Below are positions 12,415 through 21,272 of a DNA stretch of 64,000 nucleotides, piece by piece. Numbering within the stretch: the first letter of the stretch is position 1; every line of letters begins with the position of its first letter. A program made the position numbers and the translations under genes. The stretch spans positions 6,818 to 70,817 of the forward strand of contig JAZLFG010000023.1 of NCBI GenBank assembly GCA_045615685.1, given 5' to 3'. The DNA comes from Faecousia sp. (GTDB lineage: Bacteria; Bacillota; Clostridia; Oscillospirales; Oscillospiraceae). A model generated the notes under the pieces. That model saw nothing but the letters and a program-made list of their open reading frames with translations, searched no databases and had not been told where the DNA came from.

Positions 12415-13173
12415 TTACCTCCTGACATTAATTCCATGGTTTGCTAGGTCTATCTTTAAATCCTGGATGGACACCTCTCCAAAGTGGAAAATGGAAGCGG
12501 CCAGACCCGCGTCCACCTTGGGAAGCGTCTGAAAAAGCGTAACAAAGTCTTTGATACAGCCCGCACCACCGGAGGCGATCACAGGCACGTTTACAAGATT
12601 GCAGACCGCGTCGAGCATCTCAAGGTCAAAGCCCCGCTTCACGCCGTCGGTGTCGATGGAGTTGAGGACAATTTCTCCCGCACCCATATCGACGCCCTGG
12701 GAAATCCACTGCAAGGCATCCAGCCCGGTGTCCTCTCTGCCGCCCTTGGCAAAGATACGGAACTGCCCGTCCACCCGTTTTACATCCGCAGAGAGCACCA
12801 CGCACTGGCTGCCGTAACGCTTGGCGGCATCCTCAATCAGCCTGGGATTTCGGATGGCGCCGGAATTTACGCTGACCTTATCCGCGCCGCATTTCAATAC
12901 CCGATCAAAGTCATCCAGAGTGTGGATACCGCCGCCCACCGTGAGGGGAATGAAGATCGTAGAGGCAGTGCGAGTTAGAATATCGGTAAATAATGCCCTT
13001 CCCTCGGCAGATGCTGTGATGTCATAGAATACCAGCTCGTCCGCTCCGGCAGAAGAATAGTAGCTTGCCAGCTTTACCGGGTCGGAAACATCGCTCAGGC
13101 CAAGGAAATTTACCCCCTTGACCACGCGGCCGTCCCGCACATCCAGGCAGGGGATGATTCGTTTTGTAATCAT
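12415..13173 (-). CDS. hisF: Imidazole glycerol phosphate synthase cyclase subunit
   Basis: Starts [20 protein letters not shown]; canonical HisF over its full length. Confidence 0.95.
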   Translation of the reverse strand: MITKRIIPCLDVRDGRVVKGVNFLGLSDVSDPVKLASYYSSAGADELVFYDITASAEGRALFTDILTRTASTIFIPLTVGGGIHTLDDFDRVLKCGADKVSVNSGAIRNPRLIEDAAKRYGSQCVVLSADVKRVDGQFRIFAKGGREDTGLDALQWISQGVDMGAGEIVLNSIDTDGVKRGFDLEMLDAVCNLVNVPVIASGGAGCIKDFVTLFQTLPKVDAGLAASIFHFGEVSIQDLKIDLANHGINVRR

Positions 13174-13880
13174 TTTGCCGCCTCCAATGCCTCAGAAAGC
13201 TGGATCGCGCCGGTATAGTAGGCCTTCCCGACGATTGCGCCGTAAAGCCCCATATCCCGCAGCGCACTTACATCCGCCAAGCTGGAGACGCCGCCGGAGG
13301 CGATTAAATGCATGGAAAATTCCCGAGAAAGGGCCTCATATAGCCCCCGGTTGGCTCCCTGCATGGCCCCATCCTTGGAAATGTCCGTGCAGATGACGGT
13401 CTGCACGCCAATGTGTTCCAGCTTTGCAAAAAACGTCTCACAGCGCATATCGCTCAGCTCTGTCCAGCCACGGATGGCTACAAGCCCATCCCGGCAGTCC
13501 ACACCTACGGCAATGGTGCTGCCGTAGCGTTCCACCATGCGGCACAGGAAAGGCCAATCGGTAAGCGCTGCGGTACCGAGAATCACCCGCGCCACACCGG
13601 CATCCACATATCGGGCGATTGTCTCCTCCGTCCGGATGCCGCCGCCGATCTCCACTCGAAGACCCGAGGCAGCAATCTCCGCCACAATGCCAAAATTTGG
13701 CGTGGTGCCGTTTTTTGCGCCCTCTAAATCCACCATGTGTACCCATTCAGCACCGGCAGCATGGAAATCCTCTGCTATTTTCGGAGGGCAGTCGCTGTAT
13801 ACCGTCATCTGGCGGTAGTCGCCCTGATAGAGCCGTACCGCCTTCTTTTCATATAAATCTATGGCAGGTAAAAGAATCAT
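13170..13880 (-). CDS. hisA: ProFAR isomerase
   Basis: Starts MILLPAIDLYEKKAVRLYQGDY; typical HisA. It overlaps the hisF start. Confidence 0.93.
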   Translation of the reverse strand: MILLPAIDLYEKKAVRLYQGDYRQMTVYSDCPPKIAEDFHAAGAEWVHMVDLEGAKNGTTPNFGIVAEIAASGLRVEIGGGIRTEETIARYVDAGVARVILGTAALTDWPFLCRMVERYGSTIAVGVDCRDGLVAIRGWTELSDMRCETFFAKLEHIGVQTVICTDISKDGAMQGANRGLYEALSREFSMHLIASGGVSSLADVSALRDMGLYGAIVGKAYYTGAIQLSEALEAAK

Positions 13881-13889
13881 CGTTCATCC

Positions 13890-14498
13890 TCATAGTTCAC
13901 AAAATGCGCGTAAAATATCAAGTCCGACCTCGCCGCTCTTTTCCGGATGGAACTGGCAGCCCATCACGTTGTCCCGGGCGACCGCCGCAGTTAGCTCTTC
14001 CCCATATTCGCAGGTGGCAAGAAGGCTATCGGCACAGTCCACCGCGTAGTAGCTGTGGACAAAGTAGACAAATTCGCCCTCCTTCGTATTTTTTAAGAGC
14101 GGATGTTGTCTATGGATGTGAAGTGCGTTCCAACCGATCTGCGGCACCTTCAGTTCTTCCGGCACCACCGGGCGCATATCCACCACTCGGCCCGGTAGAA
14201 GTCCCAGGCCGTCGTACTCGCCGAATTCATAGCTTTTTTCAAATAATAGCTGCATTCCAAGGCAAATGCCAAGCAGCGGCACACCCTTCCCTGCGCAGTC
14301 CGTCACAACCTGCCCAAGGCCGCTTTCCCGAAGCTTCGCGGCAGCGTCGGCAAAGGCGCCCACGCCGGGCAGAAGAATTTTATCGGCTCTGGCAATGACC
14401 TCGGGATCTCCGCTCACTCTGGCGTCCGCCCCGATCATTGCAAAGGAGCTTTTCAGGGAAAAGAGGTTCCCTACCCCATAATCTACAATGGCAATCAT
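13890..14498 (-). CDS. hisH: Imidazole glycerol phosphate synthase glutaminase subunit
   Basis: Contains IAIVDYGVGNL, GICLGMQLL and QFHPEKS, the class I amidotransferase triad. Confidence 0.95.
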   Translation of the reverse strand: MIAIVDYGVGNLFSLKSSFAMIGADARVSGDPEVIARADKILLPGVGAFADAAAKLRESGLGQVVTDCAGKGVPLLGICLGMQLLFEKSYEFGEYDGLGLLPGRVVDMRPVVPEELKVPQIGWNALHIHRQHPLLKNTKEGEFVYFVHSYYAVDCADSLLATCEYGEELTAAVARDNVMGCQFHPEKSGEVGLDILRAFCEL

Positions 14499-15559
14499 GC
14501 CAGCACCTCCCGAACCGCTTCCAGGAATACATCCATCTGCGCCCGGGTGCCAATGGAGACCCTCAGAAAGTCGGAAATTTTCTGTTTGTTAAAGTGGCGC
14601 ACCAGCACGCCTCGCTGCTTGAGGGCCTGATATAGCGTGCCTCCCTCCATCCGGTCAGTGCGGGTGAAAATGAAATTGGCACAGGATGGCAGCACAAAAA
14701 AGCCCATTTCTTCCAGTTTTTTTATAGTATAGGCGCGATTTTCCTGAATGGTGCGGCAATTTGCCAGATAATAGTCGTTTTCTCTTGCTGCTGCCACACC
14801 GGCAGCCTGGGCCATACGGTTGACGTTATAGGGATTGGTGGAATATTTGATGGTATTGATATCCGAAAGAAGCCCTTCGTCCGCAAAGCCAAAACCCAGG
14901 CGGGCCCCGGCCAGGCTGTGGGACTTGGAGAAGGTATGGGCTACCAGAAGATTGTCATATTTCAGGCACAGCTCGACGCAGCTCTCGGCGCCGAAGGCCA
15001 CATAGGCTTCGTCAATGATGACCACATGGTTGGGGTTTGTACGAACAATCTCCTCAAGCTGCCATTTCGGAAGCGCCATACCGGTGGGGGCATTGGGATT
15101 GGCGATGACAATTGTTTCGTTAAGCCCACAGTAATCCCGGTAGTCCAGGGTAAAATCCTCCCGCAGCGGAAGGATGTGGGATGGCACATGGTTGAACTCC
15201 GCAAATACCGGATAGCAGCCATAGGTGATATCCGCGTAGGCTATCGGATGGGTCTCATCACAGAAGGCCATAATGGCGAAGTTCAGAATTTCATCGGAGC
15301 CGTTGACCGGTAGGACGTTTTGGGGAGGCAAGCCATATAAATCACCGATGGCCTGACACAGGGCATGGCAGGCAGGATCGCAGTAGAGGTTGGCGGTTGC
15401 ACCGGCCTGCCGGATTCCCTCGATCACCCCGGGAGAGGGCGGAAAAGGAGATTCGTTGGTGTTGAGCTTGGTATACTGCTGATCCTGGGGCTGCTCGCCG
15501 GGGACATAGGGAATTAAATTGGAAAACTTATTGCTGAAAAACCGGCTCATGGCCATCAT
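14495..15559 (-). CDS. hisC: Histidinol-phosphate aminotransferase
   Basis: Class II aminotransferase (NPNAPTG, FSKSHSLAG with the PLP lysine) located in the his operon. Confidence 0.9.
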   Translation of the reverse strand: MMAMSRFFSNKFSNLIPYVPGEQPQDQQYTKLNTNESPFPPSPGVIEGIRQAGATANLYCDPACHALCQAIGDLYGLPPQNVLPVNGSDEILNFAIMAFCDETHPIAYADITYGCYPVFAEFNHVPSHILPLREDFTLDYRDYCGLNETIVIANPNAPTGMALPKWQLEEIVRTNPNHVVIIDEAYVAFGAESCVELCLKYDNLLVAHTFSKSHSLAGARLGFGFADEGLLSDINTIKYSTNPYNVNRMAQAAGVAAARENDYYLANCRTIQENRAYTIKKLEEMGFFVLPSCANFIFTRTDRMEGGTLYQALKQRGVLVRHFNKQKISDFLRVSIGTRAQMDVFLEAVREVLA

Positions 15560-16830
15560 CCTTTCTCGAAGCGGCTTTCCGCACTTCTGGCATGGGCCTC
15601 CAGCCCTTCGGCTCTGGCAAACACGGCAATGTCCGCTGAGACCTTCTGAAGCGCCTCCGGCGTAAAGTAGGTAAACTGGGTCTTCTTTATAAAATCATCC
15701 ACGGAAAGAGGGCTTGAGAACCGCGCCGTGCCGCTGGTGGGCAAAGTATGATTGGGGCCTGCCAGATAATCGCCCAAGGCCTCCGGGCAATACTTCCCGA
15801 GAAAGACCGATCCGGCATTCTTGACCCGAGCCAAATAGGGCATCGGATCGTCCACGCAAATCTCCAAATGCTCCGGCGCAAGCTCGTTGGCTGCATCGAC
15901 AGCCCGCAGCAAGTCCTTTGTGACGATTATTCTGCCGTTATTTTCAATGGAGGCACGGGCAATCTCCTGCCGGGGAAGAAGGGAAAGCTGCCGCTCTACC
16001 TCAACGCTGACCTTTTCGGCTAAAGCCATGCTGTCTGTCACCAGGACGGCGCTTGCCATCTTATCGTGCTCCGCCTGGCTCAGAAGGTCGGCTGCCACAT
16101 GGCAGGGGTCGCAGGTGCTGTCCGCTATCACCAAAATTTCACTTGGTCCTGCAATCATATCAATGTTGACCCGGCCAAAGACCTGCCGTTTGGCCTCTGC
16201 CACATAGGCATTGCCCGGGCCGACGATCTTATCTACCTTTGGGATGGATTCGGTGCCGTAAGCCAGTGCCGCTACCGCCTGCGCACCGCCCACCTTGAAG
16301 ATGCGATTCACCCCTGCCAGCTTTGCCGCAGCCAGGATGGGAGCGGCCACCGTGCTGCTGCGGGAGGGCGGTGTGGTAATGACAATTTCATTGCAGCCTG
16401 CGAGCTTGGCAGGAATCGCCAGCATCAGCACCGTGGAGGGATAGGCCGCCGTGCCGCCGGGGATATAGAGCCCGACCTTCTCAATCGGTGTGATCTTCTG
16501 CCCCATACACACACCGTCGTCCCGCTTAATGGTGAAGCCCTCGCGCAGCTGACGGCTATGGAAGCTGCGAATATTCTCCGCCGCCAGCTCCATCGCCTTC
16601 AAAAGCTCCGGCGAAATCTCCCGGAATGCTTGGGAAATCTCTTCTGCACTCACTTCGAGCCGGTCGAGCTTTGCCTTATCAAACCGTTCGCAATAGTCAA
16701 ACAGGGCACGATCGCCCCGCTTTGCTACGTCTTCCAGGATCGCAGCCACCTGGGGGCCTACCTCATACCGCTGCATCCCCCGCATCAGAAGCTCACCGCG
16801 CTCCAATTCTTCATAGGCAATGATTTTCAT
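15556..16830 (-). CDS. hisD: Histidinol dehydrogenase
   Basis: Full-length HisD. I prefer ATG 16830 (MKIIAYEEL), which has AGGAG 8 nt upstream and forms an ATGA overlap with the hisG stop. The ORF-track start at 16881 is a 17-codon extension. Confidence 0.92.
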   Translation of the reverse strand: MKIIAYEELERGELLMRGMQRYEVGPQVAAILEDVAKRGDRALFDYCERFDKAKLDRLEVSAEEISQAFREISPELLKAMELAAENIRSFHSRQLREGFTIKRDDGVCMGQKITPIEKVGLYIPGGTAAYPSTVLMLAIPAKLAGCNEIVITTPPSRSSTVAAPILAAAKLAGVNRIFKVGGAQAVAALAYGTESIPKVDKIVGPGNAYVAEAKRQVFGRVNIDMIAGPSEILVIADSTCDPCHVAADLLSQAEHDKMASAVLVTDSMALAEKVSVEVERQLSLLPRQEIARASIENNGRIIVTKDLLRAVDAANELAPEHLEICVDDPMPYLARVKNAGSVFLGKYCPEALGDYLAGPNHTLPTSGTARFSSPLSVDDFIKKTQFTYFTPEALQKVSADIAVFARAEGLEAHARSAESRFEKG

Positions 16831-17462
16831 GTTGGATTCTCCTGCTTTAACGTCTGTTCCATGTGCGCACAAAGCGCACAAATTTCCTCATACTTGAATT
16901 TATAGTTTGCCTTGTTCGCAATCAGGCGGGCACTGATGGAGACGATGGTCTCCAATGGCGCGAGACCGTTCTCTAAAAGGGTCTTCCCTGTCTCCACAAT
17001 GTCCACAATCACGTCTGAAAGCCCCAAAATGGGCGCAAGCTCAATCGAGCCATTGAGCTTAATAATGTCGATTTGTCGGCTCTGGGCGCTGTAGTAGCGG
17101 CGGGCAATGTGGGGGAACTTCGTAGCGACTCGGAGGGTGCGTGCGGGATCGTCGCGGAACTGCCTGGGGCCGGCCACACACATGCGGCATTTGCCCACAT
17201 TTAAATCCAGCAGCTCATAGATATCCGGGGCATACTCCAGCAGAATATCCTTCCCCGCCACACCAAGATCCGCAGCACCCCGCTCCACATAGATGGCCAC
17301 ATCGGAGGGCTTAACCCAGAAATAGCGGACGCCAGCCTTCGGATTCTCAAAGGTAAGCTTTCGATTCTCGTCCCGAATGGATGGACAGTCGTACCCGGCA
17401 CGCTCAAACATCCCGTAGACCTTCTCGCCCAGACGACCCTTGGGCAGCGCAATATTAATCAA
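16827..17462 (-). CDS. hisG: ATP phosphoribosyltransferase, short (HisZ-dependent) form
   Basis: (M)INIALPKGRLGEKV... at the short-form length. TTG 17462 is preferred because GGAGG lies 8 nt upstream; the ATG at 17483 overlaps that RBS. Confidence 0.88.
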   Translation of the reverse strand: MINIALPKGRLGEKVYGMFERAGYDCPSIRDENRKLTFENPKAGVRYFWVKPSDVAIYVERGAADLGVAGKDILLEYAPDIYELLDLNVGKCRMCVAGPRQFRDDPARTLRVATKFPHIARRYYSAQSRQIDIIKLNGSIELAPILGLSDVIVDIVETGKTLLENGLAPLETIVSISARLIANKANYKFKYEEICALCAHMEQTLKQENPT

Positions 17463-18561
17463 AGGCACACACCTCCATCCCATCTACCAATAATCTTTGG
17501 CGTGCACGAACGTCCGCTCCGCTTACAGGGCACACACTAACGCTTTTACCTTCCTCTGTCAATTTTTGGGCAGTGGAAATCAGTGTCGAAAGATCACAGC
17601 CATCGCGGTAGCACAGCGCTACATCCACATCATAGGCCGCTTCTTGTGCGAAGAAGCGTTCGAGTTGGTCGAGATATACCGCAAAGCCAATGGCACACTG
17701 ATTTCTTCCCATCTTCGTCAGCAAATTGTCATATCGGCCGCCGGACAATACACCTGCGGCAATCCCGGAGATAAAGCCCCGGAACACAAGGCCGTTATAG
17801 TAGTTCATATCATTGACCAGGGAGAAATCCAGCCGCAAATTCCGGCAGCCGAACAGAGTTAGCAGACGATTCAGCCTCCGTAGGCTTCGTACAGCGCTTC
17901 GACTGTCCGGAGGCAGCTCCATGGCCTCTACCCGGTCGAGTGCCTCCTCCAGGGGCCCATATAGCCCCACAAGGGTACTGATGGTTTGGCAAAACCGATC
18001 TGGCAGACCGTAACGGGTACAAAGGCTCCTGAGCCTGTGTGTATTTTTTTCCCCTGCGGCCTCCAGGAGCTCGGCACATTGCGCCTCCGGCAGCGCTTGG
18101 GCTGAAAGAAGGCCACGCAGCACGCCAATGTGGGAAATGTCCAGCACATAGTCCTTCGATATCGTCCGAAGGCTCCGCTCGGCCAGCATCAGAACCTCCG
18201 CCATGGCATAGTCATCCACCTGACCGATCAGCTCCAGGCCCGTCTGCATGATCTCCTGGAAACCGTCGGCATTTTTTGGCACCCGGTAGACATTTTCCGT
18301 ATAATAGACCTTGCTGATGGCTGTACCGGGCTTGGTGTTCTTGATGATGGAGAGGGTCACGTCCGGCTTGAGCGCCATCAGGCGGCCATTGGTGTCGGTG
18401 AAGGTAAGAATTCGCTTGCTTTCTAAAAAGTTCTTATTTTTGGCGTATAGGTCGTAGGCCTCAAATTTACTGACCTTGTAGAGCTGGTAGCCATAGGCGC
18501 TGTAGAGCTTCCGCAGCGCCATCATGGCCCGTTCATCGGGCCGCATTTCCTGTTCTATCAT
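17455..18561 (-). CDS. hisZ: ATP phosphoribosyltransferase regulatory subunit (HisRS paralog)
   Basis: MIEQEMRPDERAMMALRKLYSAYGYQ... has a HisRS-like catalytic core and no anticodon-binding domain. ATG 18561 overlaps the upstream gene's TGA (ATGA). The 65-codon N-terminal extension in the ORF track is rejected. Confidence 0.85.
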   Translation of the reverse strand: MIEQEMRPDERAMMALRKLYSAYGYQLYKVSKFEAYDLYAKNKNFLESKRILTFTDTNGRLMALKPDVTLSIIKNTKPGTAISKVYYTENVYRVPKNADGFQEIMQTGLELIGQVDDYAMAEVLMLAERSLRTISKDYVLDISHIGVLRGLLSAQALPEAQCAELLEAAGEKNTHRLRSLCTRYGLPDRFCQTISTLVGLYGPLEEALDRVEAMELPPDSRSAVRSLRRLNRLLTLFGCRNLRLDFSLVNDMNYYNGLVFRGFISGIAAGVLSGGRYDNLLTKMGRNQCAIGFAVYLDQLERFFAQEAAYDVDVALCYRDGCDLSTLISTAQKLTEEGKSVSVCPVSGADVRARQRLLVDGMEVCAFD

Positions 18562-18851
18562 TGTCCATCGCCTTTCTGCCGGTCGAGAATCATCTGATAA
18601 CCTCCGGCGCCATAATCCAGGCAGCGCTTGACCCGACCTACCGTCGCGGAGCTGGCGCCGGTCTTGTCGCAAACGCTCTGATAGGAAGCTCCCTGGGATA
18701 GCAGCGTGGCCACCCTGAGCCGCTGTGCCATGGAAAGCACCTCCTTGATCGTGCATACATCCTCAAAAAAAGCATAGCACTCCTCTTCATTTTTTAGAGA
18801 TAAAATCGCCTGTGCCAACACATCTGTCTGCGAGTTCCTTGGAAAGCTCAC
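18558..18851 (-). CDS. TrpR-like YerC/YecD-family DNA-binding protein, first cistron of the his operon (HisR candidate)
   Basis: 97 aa containing EECYAFFEDVCT..E...MAQRL.VA.LL..G.SY......TGASSATV.RV.RCL, the YerC/YecD signature. GTG start with a GGTGG RBS. Confidence 0.8.
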   Translation of the reverse strand: MSFPRNSQTDVLAQAILSLKNEEECYAFFEDVCTIKEVLSMAQRLRVATLLSQGASYQSVCDKTGASSATVGRVKRCLDYGAGGYQMILDRQKGDGQ

Positions 18852-18881
18852 AGGAACACCACCCTTCGATTATTTGTTACT

Positions 18882-18910
18882 ATGCTATCACATTAGTCAA
18901 CTAAAGTCAA
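18882..18910 (-). promoter_or_regulatory. Candidate sigma-A promoter of the hisR-his operon
   Basis: On the minus strand: TTGACT (18910-18905), a 17-nt spacer, then TAGCAT (18887-18882). Confidence 0.4.
18892..18905. promoter_or_regulatory. Palindromic box TTTAG-TTGA-CTAAT in the his promoter spacer (candidate HisR/YerC operator)
   Basis: A 4/5-bp inverted repeat with 4-nt centre fills the -35/-10 spacer. A near-identical box sits at the same promoter position upstream of the second paralog (33809-33822). Confidence 0.4.
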
Positions 18911-19031
18911 GGATCATTTCTCATTTATTGTCCATTGTTTATGCAGCGTCAATAGATATGCACCACTTTCGGAAAAAATAGCATCTGATTGACTTTGTGT
19001 TTTTAGGTGTTGTACTGTGAAAAACAATTCA

Positions 19032-19060
19032 TTTACAACAGAAGCATCCTGCGGTATAAT
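19032..19060 (+). promoter_or_regulatory. Sigma-A promoter of pfkA
   Basis: TTTACA (19032-19037), a 17-nt spacer, then TATAAT (19055-19060), about 45 nt upstream of the ATG. Confidence 0.55.
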
Positions 19061-19103
19061 AACATCAGAAATCAAAGCTAATTTTAGACGGGAGAAATGA
19101 ATT

Positions 19104-20087
19104 ATGGCATCTGCAGTAAAACGAATCGGTGTCCTCACCTCCGGCGGCGACGCGCCCGGTATGAACGCCGCAATCCGCGCGGTTGTACGCAGCGCCACCT
19201 ATCAGGGCATCGAATGCATCGGCATCCGTCGGGGCTGGCAAGGCTTGATCACTGGCGATATCCTTCGGCTGGAGGAGCACAGCGTCGCCCACATCATTGG
19301 AAGCGGCGGCACCATGCTCTATACCGCCAGAAGCGATGAATTCCGCACAGAAAAAGGCCAGGAAAAGGCAGTTGCCACCTGCAAGCTGCTCGGCCTCGAC
19401 GGCATTGTGGCCATTGGCGGCGACGGCACCTTCCGGGGCGCCCTGGCCCTTTCCAAGCACGGTATTGCCGTAGTGGGCATTCCTGCTACCATTGACAACG
19501 ACATTAGCTGCACCGACTACTGCATCGGCTACGACACCGCCGCAAACACCGCAGTGGAATGTATCGACAAGCTCCGCGACACCATGCAGGCCCATGAGCG
19601 CTGCTCTGTGGTAGAGGTCATGGGCCGCAATGCCGGGCATTTAGCTCTGTACGTCGGCCTTGCCATCGGCGCAACTGCGGTGCTGGTGCCGGAGGAACGG
19701 GAGACCTTCGGCCTCCATACGCTGCTCGAAAAAATTCGCAGTGCCAGGCTCAACGGCTTCACTCACTACATGATCGTGGTGGCCGAGGGTGCAGGAAGCG
19801 CGGCAGAGGTCGCTGCCTACATCAAGGAAAACCTTGGCCTGGATCCCCGGGTCACGGTGCTTGGCCACATTCAGCGGGGCGGCTCTCCCAACGCCCGGGA
19901 TCGCGTGGCAGCGACCCAATTGGGCTTCCACGCGGTGGATCTCCTGGCGCGGGGCATGACAAACCGGGTGGTCTGCGTCGTTTCTGGCGGAGTAATCTCC
20001 GATGTGGACATTGTGGAGGGCCTTGCGATGCACAAGGACATCAACCAGCAGCAGATGGAAGCGCTTTCGGCAATGACTGGTTTATAA
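19104..20087 (+). CDS. pfkA: ATP-dependent 6-phosphofructokinase
   Basis: Contains RIGVLTSGGDAPGMNAAIRAVVR, IGGDGT and TVLGHIQRGG; canonical PfkA. Confidence 0.95.
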   Translation: MASAVKRIGVLTSGGDAPGMNAAIRAVVRSATYQGIECIGIRRGWQGLITGDILRLEEHSVAHIIGSGGTMLYTARSDEFRTEKGQEKAVATCKLLGLDGIVAIGGDGTFRGALALSKHGIAVVGIPATIDNDISCTDYCIGYDTAANTAVECIDKLRDTMQAHERCSVVEVMGRNAGHLALYVGLAIGATAVLVPEERETFGLHTLLEKIRSARLNGFTHYMIVVAEGAGSAAEVAAYIKENLGLDPRVTVLGHIQRGGSPNARDRVAATQLGFHAVDLLARGMTNRVVCVVSGGVISDVDIVEGLAMHKDINQQQMEALSAMTGL

Positions 20088-20122
20088 TTCATCAAACGAT
20101 AGAAATCTTCATACAACAATAT

Positions 20123-20170
20123 GCTCCCCCCAAAGATGACAGCGATCATCTTCGGGGGGAGCGTTTTATT
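20123..20170. terminator. Bidirectional terminator between convergent pfkA and xerD
   Basis: GCTCCCCCCAAAGATGA ... TCATCTTCGGGGGGAGC forms a long stem with one mismatch, followed by GTTTTATT. Confidence 0.8.
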
Positions 20171-20174
20171 GTTC

Positions 20175-21059
20175 CTACGCCTTGGGATGGTACTTATTGT
20201 AGACGCTTTTCAGGTTCTGCTCCAGCACCTGGGCATAGATCTGCGTGGAGGAGATATCGCTGTGGCCCAGCATTTCCTGGATGCTGCGAAGATCCGCGCC
20301 GTTCTCTAAAAGGTGGGCAGCAAAGCTATGGCGGAGGGTATGGGGGGTAATTTCCTTGCTGATCTGGGCTTTTTCTTGATAGTACTTTATGATCTTCCAG
20401 AAACCCTGCCGGGTCATACGCTCGCCGTTGACATTGACGAAAAGGCTCGATTCCAGAGGGCTGGCAATCATCTGGGGGCGAATCTGGAGAATGTAGTTAT
20501 GTAAAGCTTTCACCGCAGCCGGATACATAGGGATGACCCGGCTCTTGCCCTTGCTGGTGCAGTTAATGAAGCCCACACTGAGATTCACATCGTCCACATT
20601 GAGGCTAATCAGCTCACTGACACGAATGCCGGTGGCATAGAGCAGCTCCAGCATGGCCTTATCCCGGTATCCCTTCATATCCGTAGGCTCCGGCTGGCTC
20701 AGAAGCAGCTCTACCTCCTTGCCTGTGAGGATCTGCGGCAGCTTCCTGGCATTCTTCTCCACATGGACATCGTGCACCGGATTTTCCTCGCAGATCCCGT
20801 GCATCACGGCAAAGGCAAAGAAATTCTTCAAAGAAGCCACGCTGCGACAGACCGTTGCCGGAGATTTCCCGGCGCTTTGCATCCAGGCCACGTAGTCAAA
20901 AATTTGACCGCTGGTGACCGAGGATAGCTCCGTAATTTCCTCTTGGGCAAGATAGGCAAGGAACTGGCGGATATCGCGCATATATGATGCCACTGTATTT
21001 GCAGAGGCATTTTTGGTATGGATCAGATAATCCTGAAATTGAGAAGCAAACTCTGTCAT
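20175..21059 (-). CDS. xerD: Tyrosine recombinase XerD
   Basis: Starts MTEFASQFQDYLIHTKNASANTVASYMRDIRQFLAYL. It has the catalytic R..HxxR..Y set (HTLRHSFA, LGHSDISSTQIY) and the XerD-type C-terminus ...YHPKA. ATG 21059 is preferred; the 79-codon upstream extension is rejected. Confidence 0.85.
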   Translation of the reverse strand: MTEFASQFQDYLIHTKNASANTVASYMRDIRQFLAYLAQEEITELSSVTSGQIFDYVAWMQSAGKSPATVCRSVASLKNFFAFAVMHGICEENPVHDVHVEKNARKLPQILTGKEVELLLSQPEPTDMKGYRDKAMLELLYATGIRVSELISLNVDDVNLSVGFINCTSKGKSRVIPMYPAAVKALHNYILQIRPQMIASPLESSLFVNVNGERMTRQGFWKIIKYYQEKAQISKEITPHTLRHSFAAHLLENGADLRSIQEMLGHSDISSTQIYAQVLEQNLKSVYNKYHPKA

Positions 21060-21143
21060 ACCAATGATTCCATCCTTTATATCAAGAAAAACCAGACGGG
21101 CGCAAAGACGCAGGCATCCATCGGACGATTGTGTTGCTATGAT

Positions 21144-21172
21144 AATATAGCGGAAAAACCGGGAAAATTCAA
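21144..21172 (-). promoter_or_regulatory. Candidate sigma-A promoter of xerD
   Basis: On the minus strand: TTGAAT (21172-21167), a 17-nt spacer, then TATATT (21149-21144). Confidence 0.4.
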
Positions 21173-21203
21173 GAGATTTTGGGGCCGCCTTAATTTTTTG
21201 GTG

Positions 21204-21242
21204 ATTATGTACATTAATTATGTAAACTGCATTATGTAAACT
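21204..21242. repeat. Three tandem direct copies of ATTATGTA(A/C)A(C/T)T, matching the XerD-binding arm of dif
   Basis: Copies are 21204-21215 ATTATGTACATT, 21217-21228 ATTATGTAAACT and 21231-21242 ATTATGTAAACT. As recalled, TTATGTAAACT equals the XerD arm of B. subtilis dif. Confidence 0.85.
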
Positions 21243-21272
21243 AATGAACAGGGCGGTGGCTACCATAAGACA

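Noticed and set aside
17455-18756. N-terminal extensions in the ORF track for hisZ (to 18756), murG (to 38957), xerD (to 21296), spoIIR (from 61359), dapA (from 24852), DUF362 (from 54611), mraZ and tgt
   Set aside because: The extensions overlap upstream genes or promoters, translate terminator hairpins, or lack an RBS. Internal starts with good Shine-Dalgarno spacing reproduce the canonical family N-termini.
18903-18993. Inverted 8-mers AAAGTCAA (18903-18910) and TTGACTTT (18986-18993) about 75 bp apart in the hisR-pfkA divergent region
   Set aside because: Each overlaps a -35-like TTGACT hexamer, so the similarity is explained by promoter elements. The 75-bp spacing does not suggest a single operator.
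20175-21059. The tyrosine recombinase as a marker of a prophage or integrative element
   Set aside because: It has the XerD-type C-terminus (..YHPKA) and typical Xer length. It is flanked by core genes (pfkA, yajC-tgt). No att-like tRNA duplication, excisionase or phage genes are nearby.
21201-21242. A canonical 28-bp dif core (XerC arm, 6-bp centre, XerD arm)
   Set aside because: Only XerD-arm-like halves are present, and they are in direct orientation. No ..CATAA-type left arm or TATATA-like centre lies in register. I report the repeats as dif-arm-like, not as dif.
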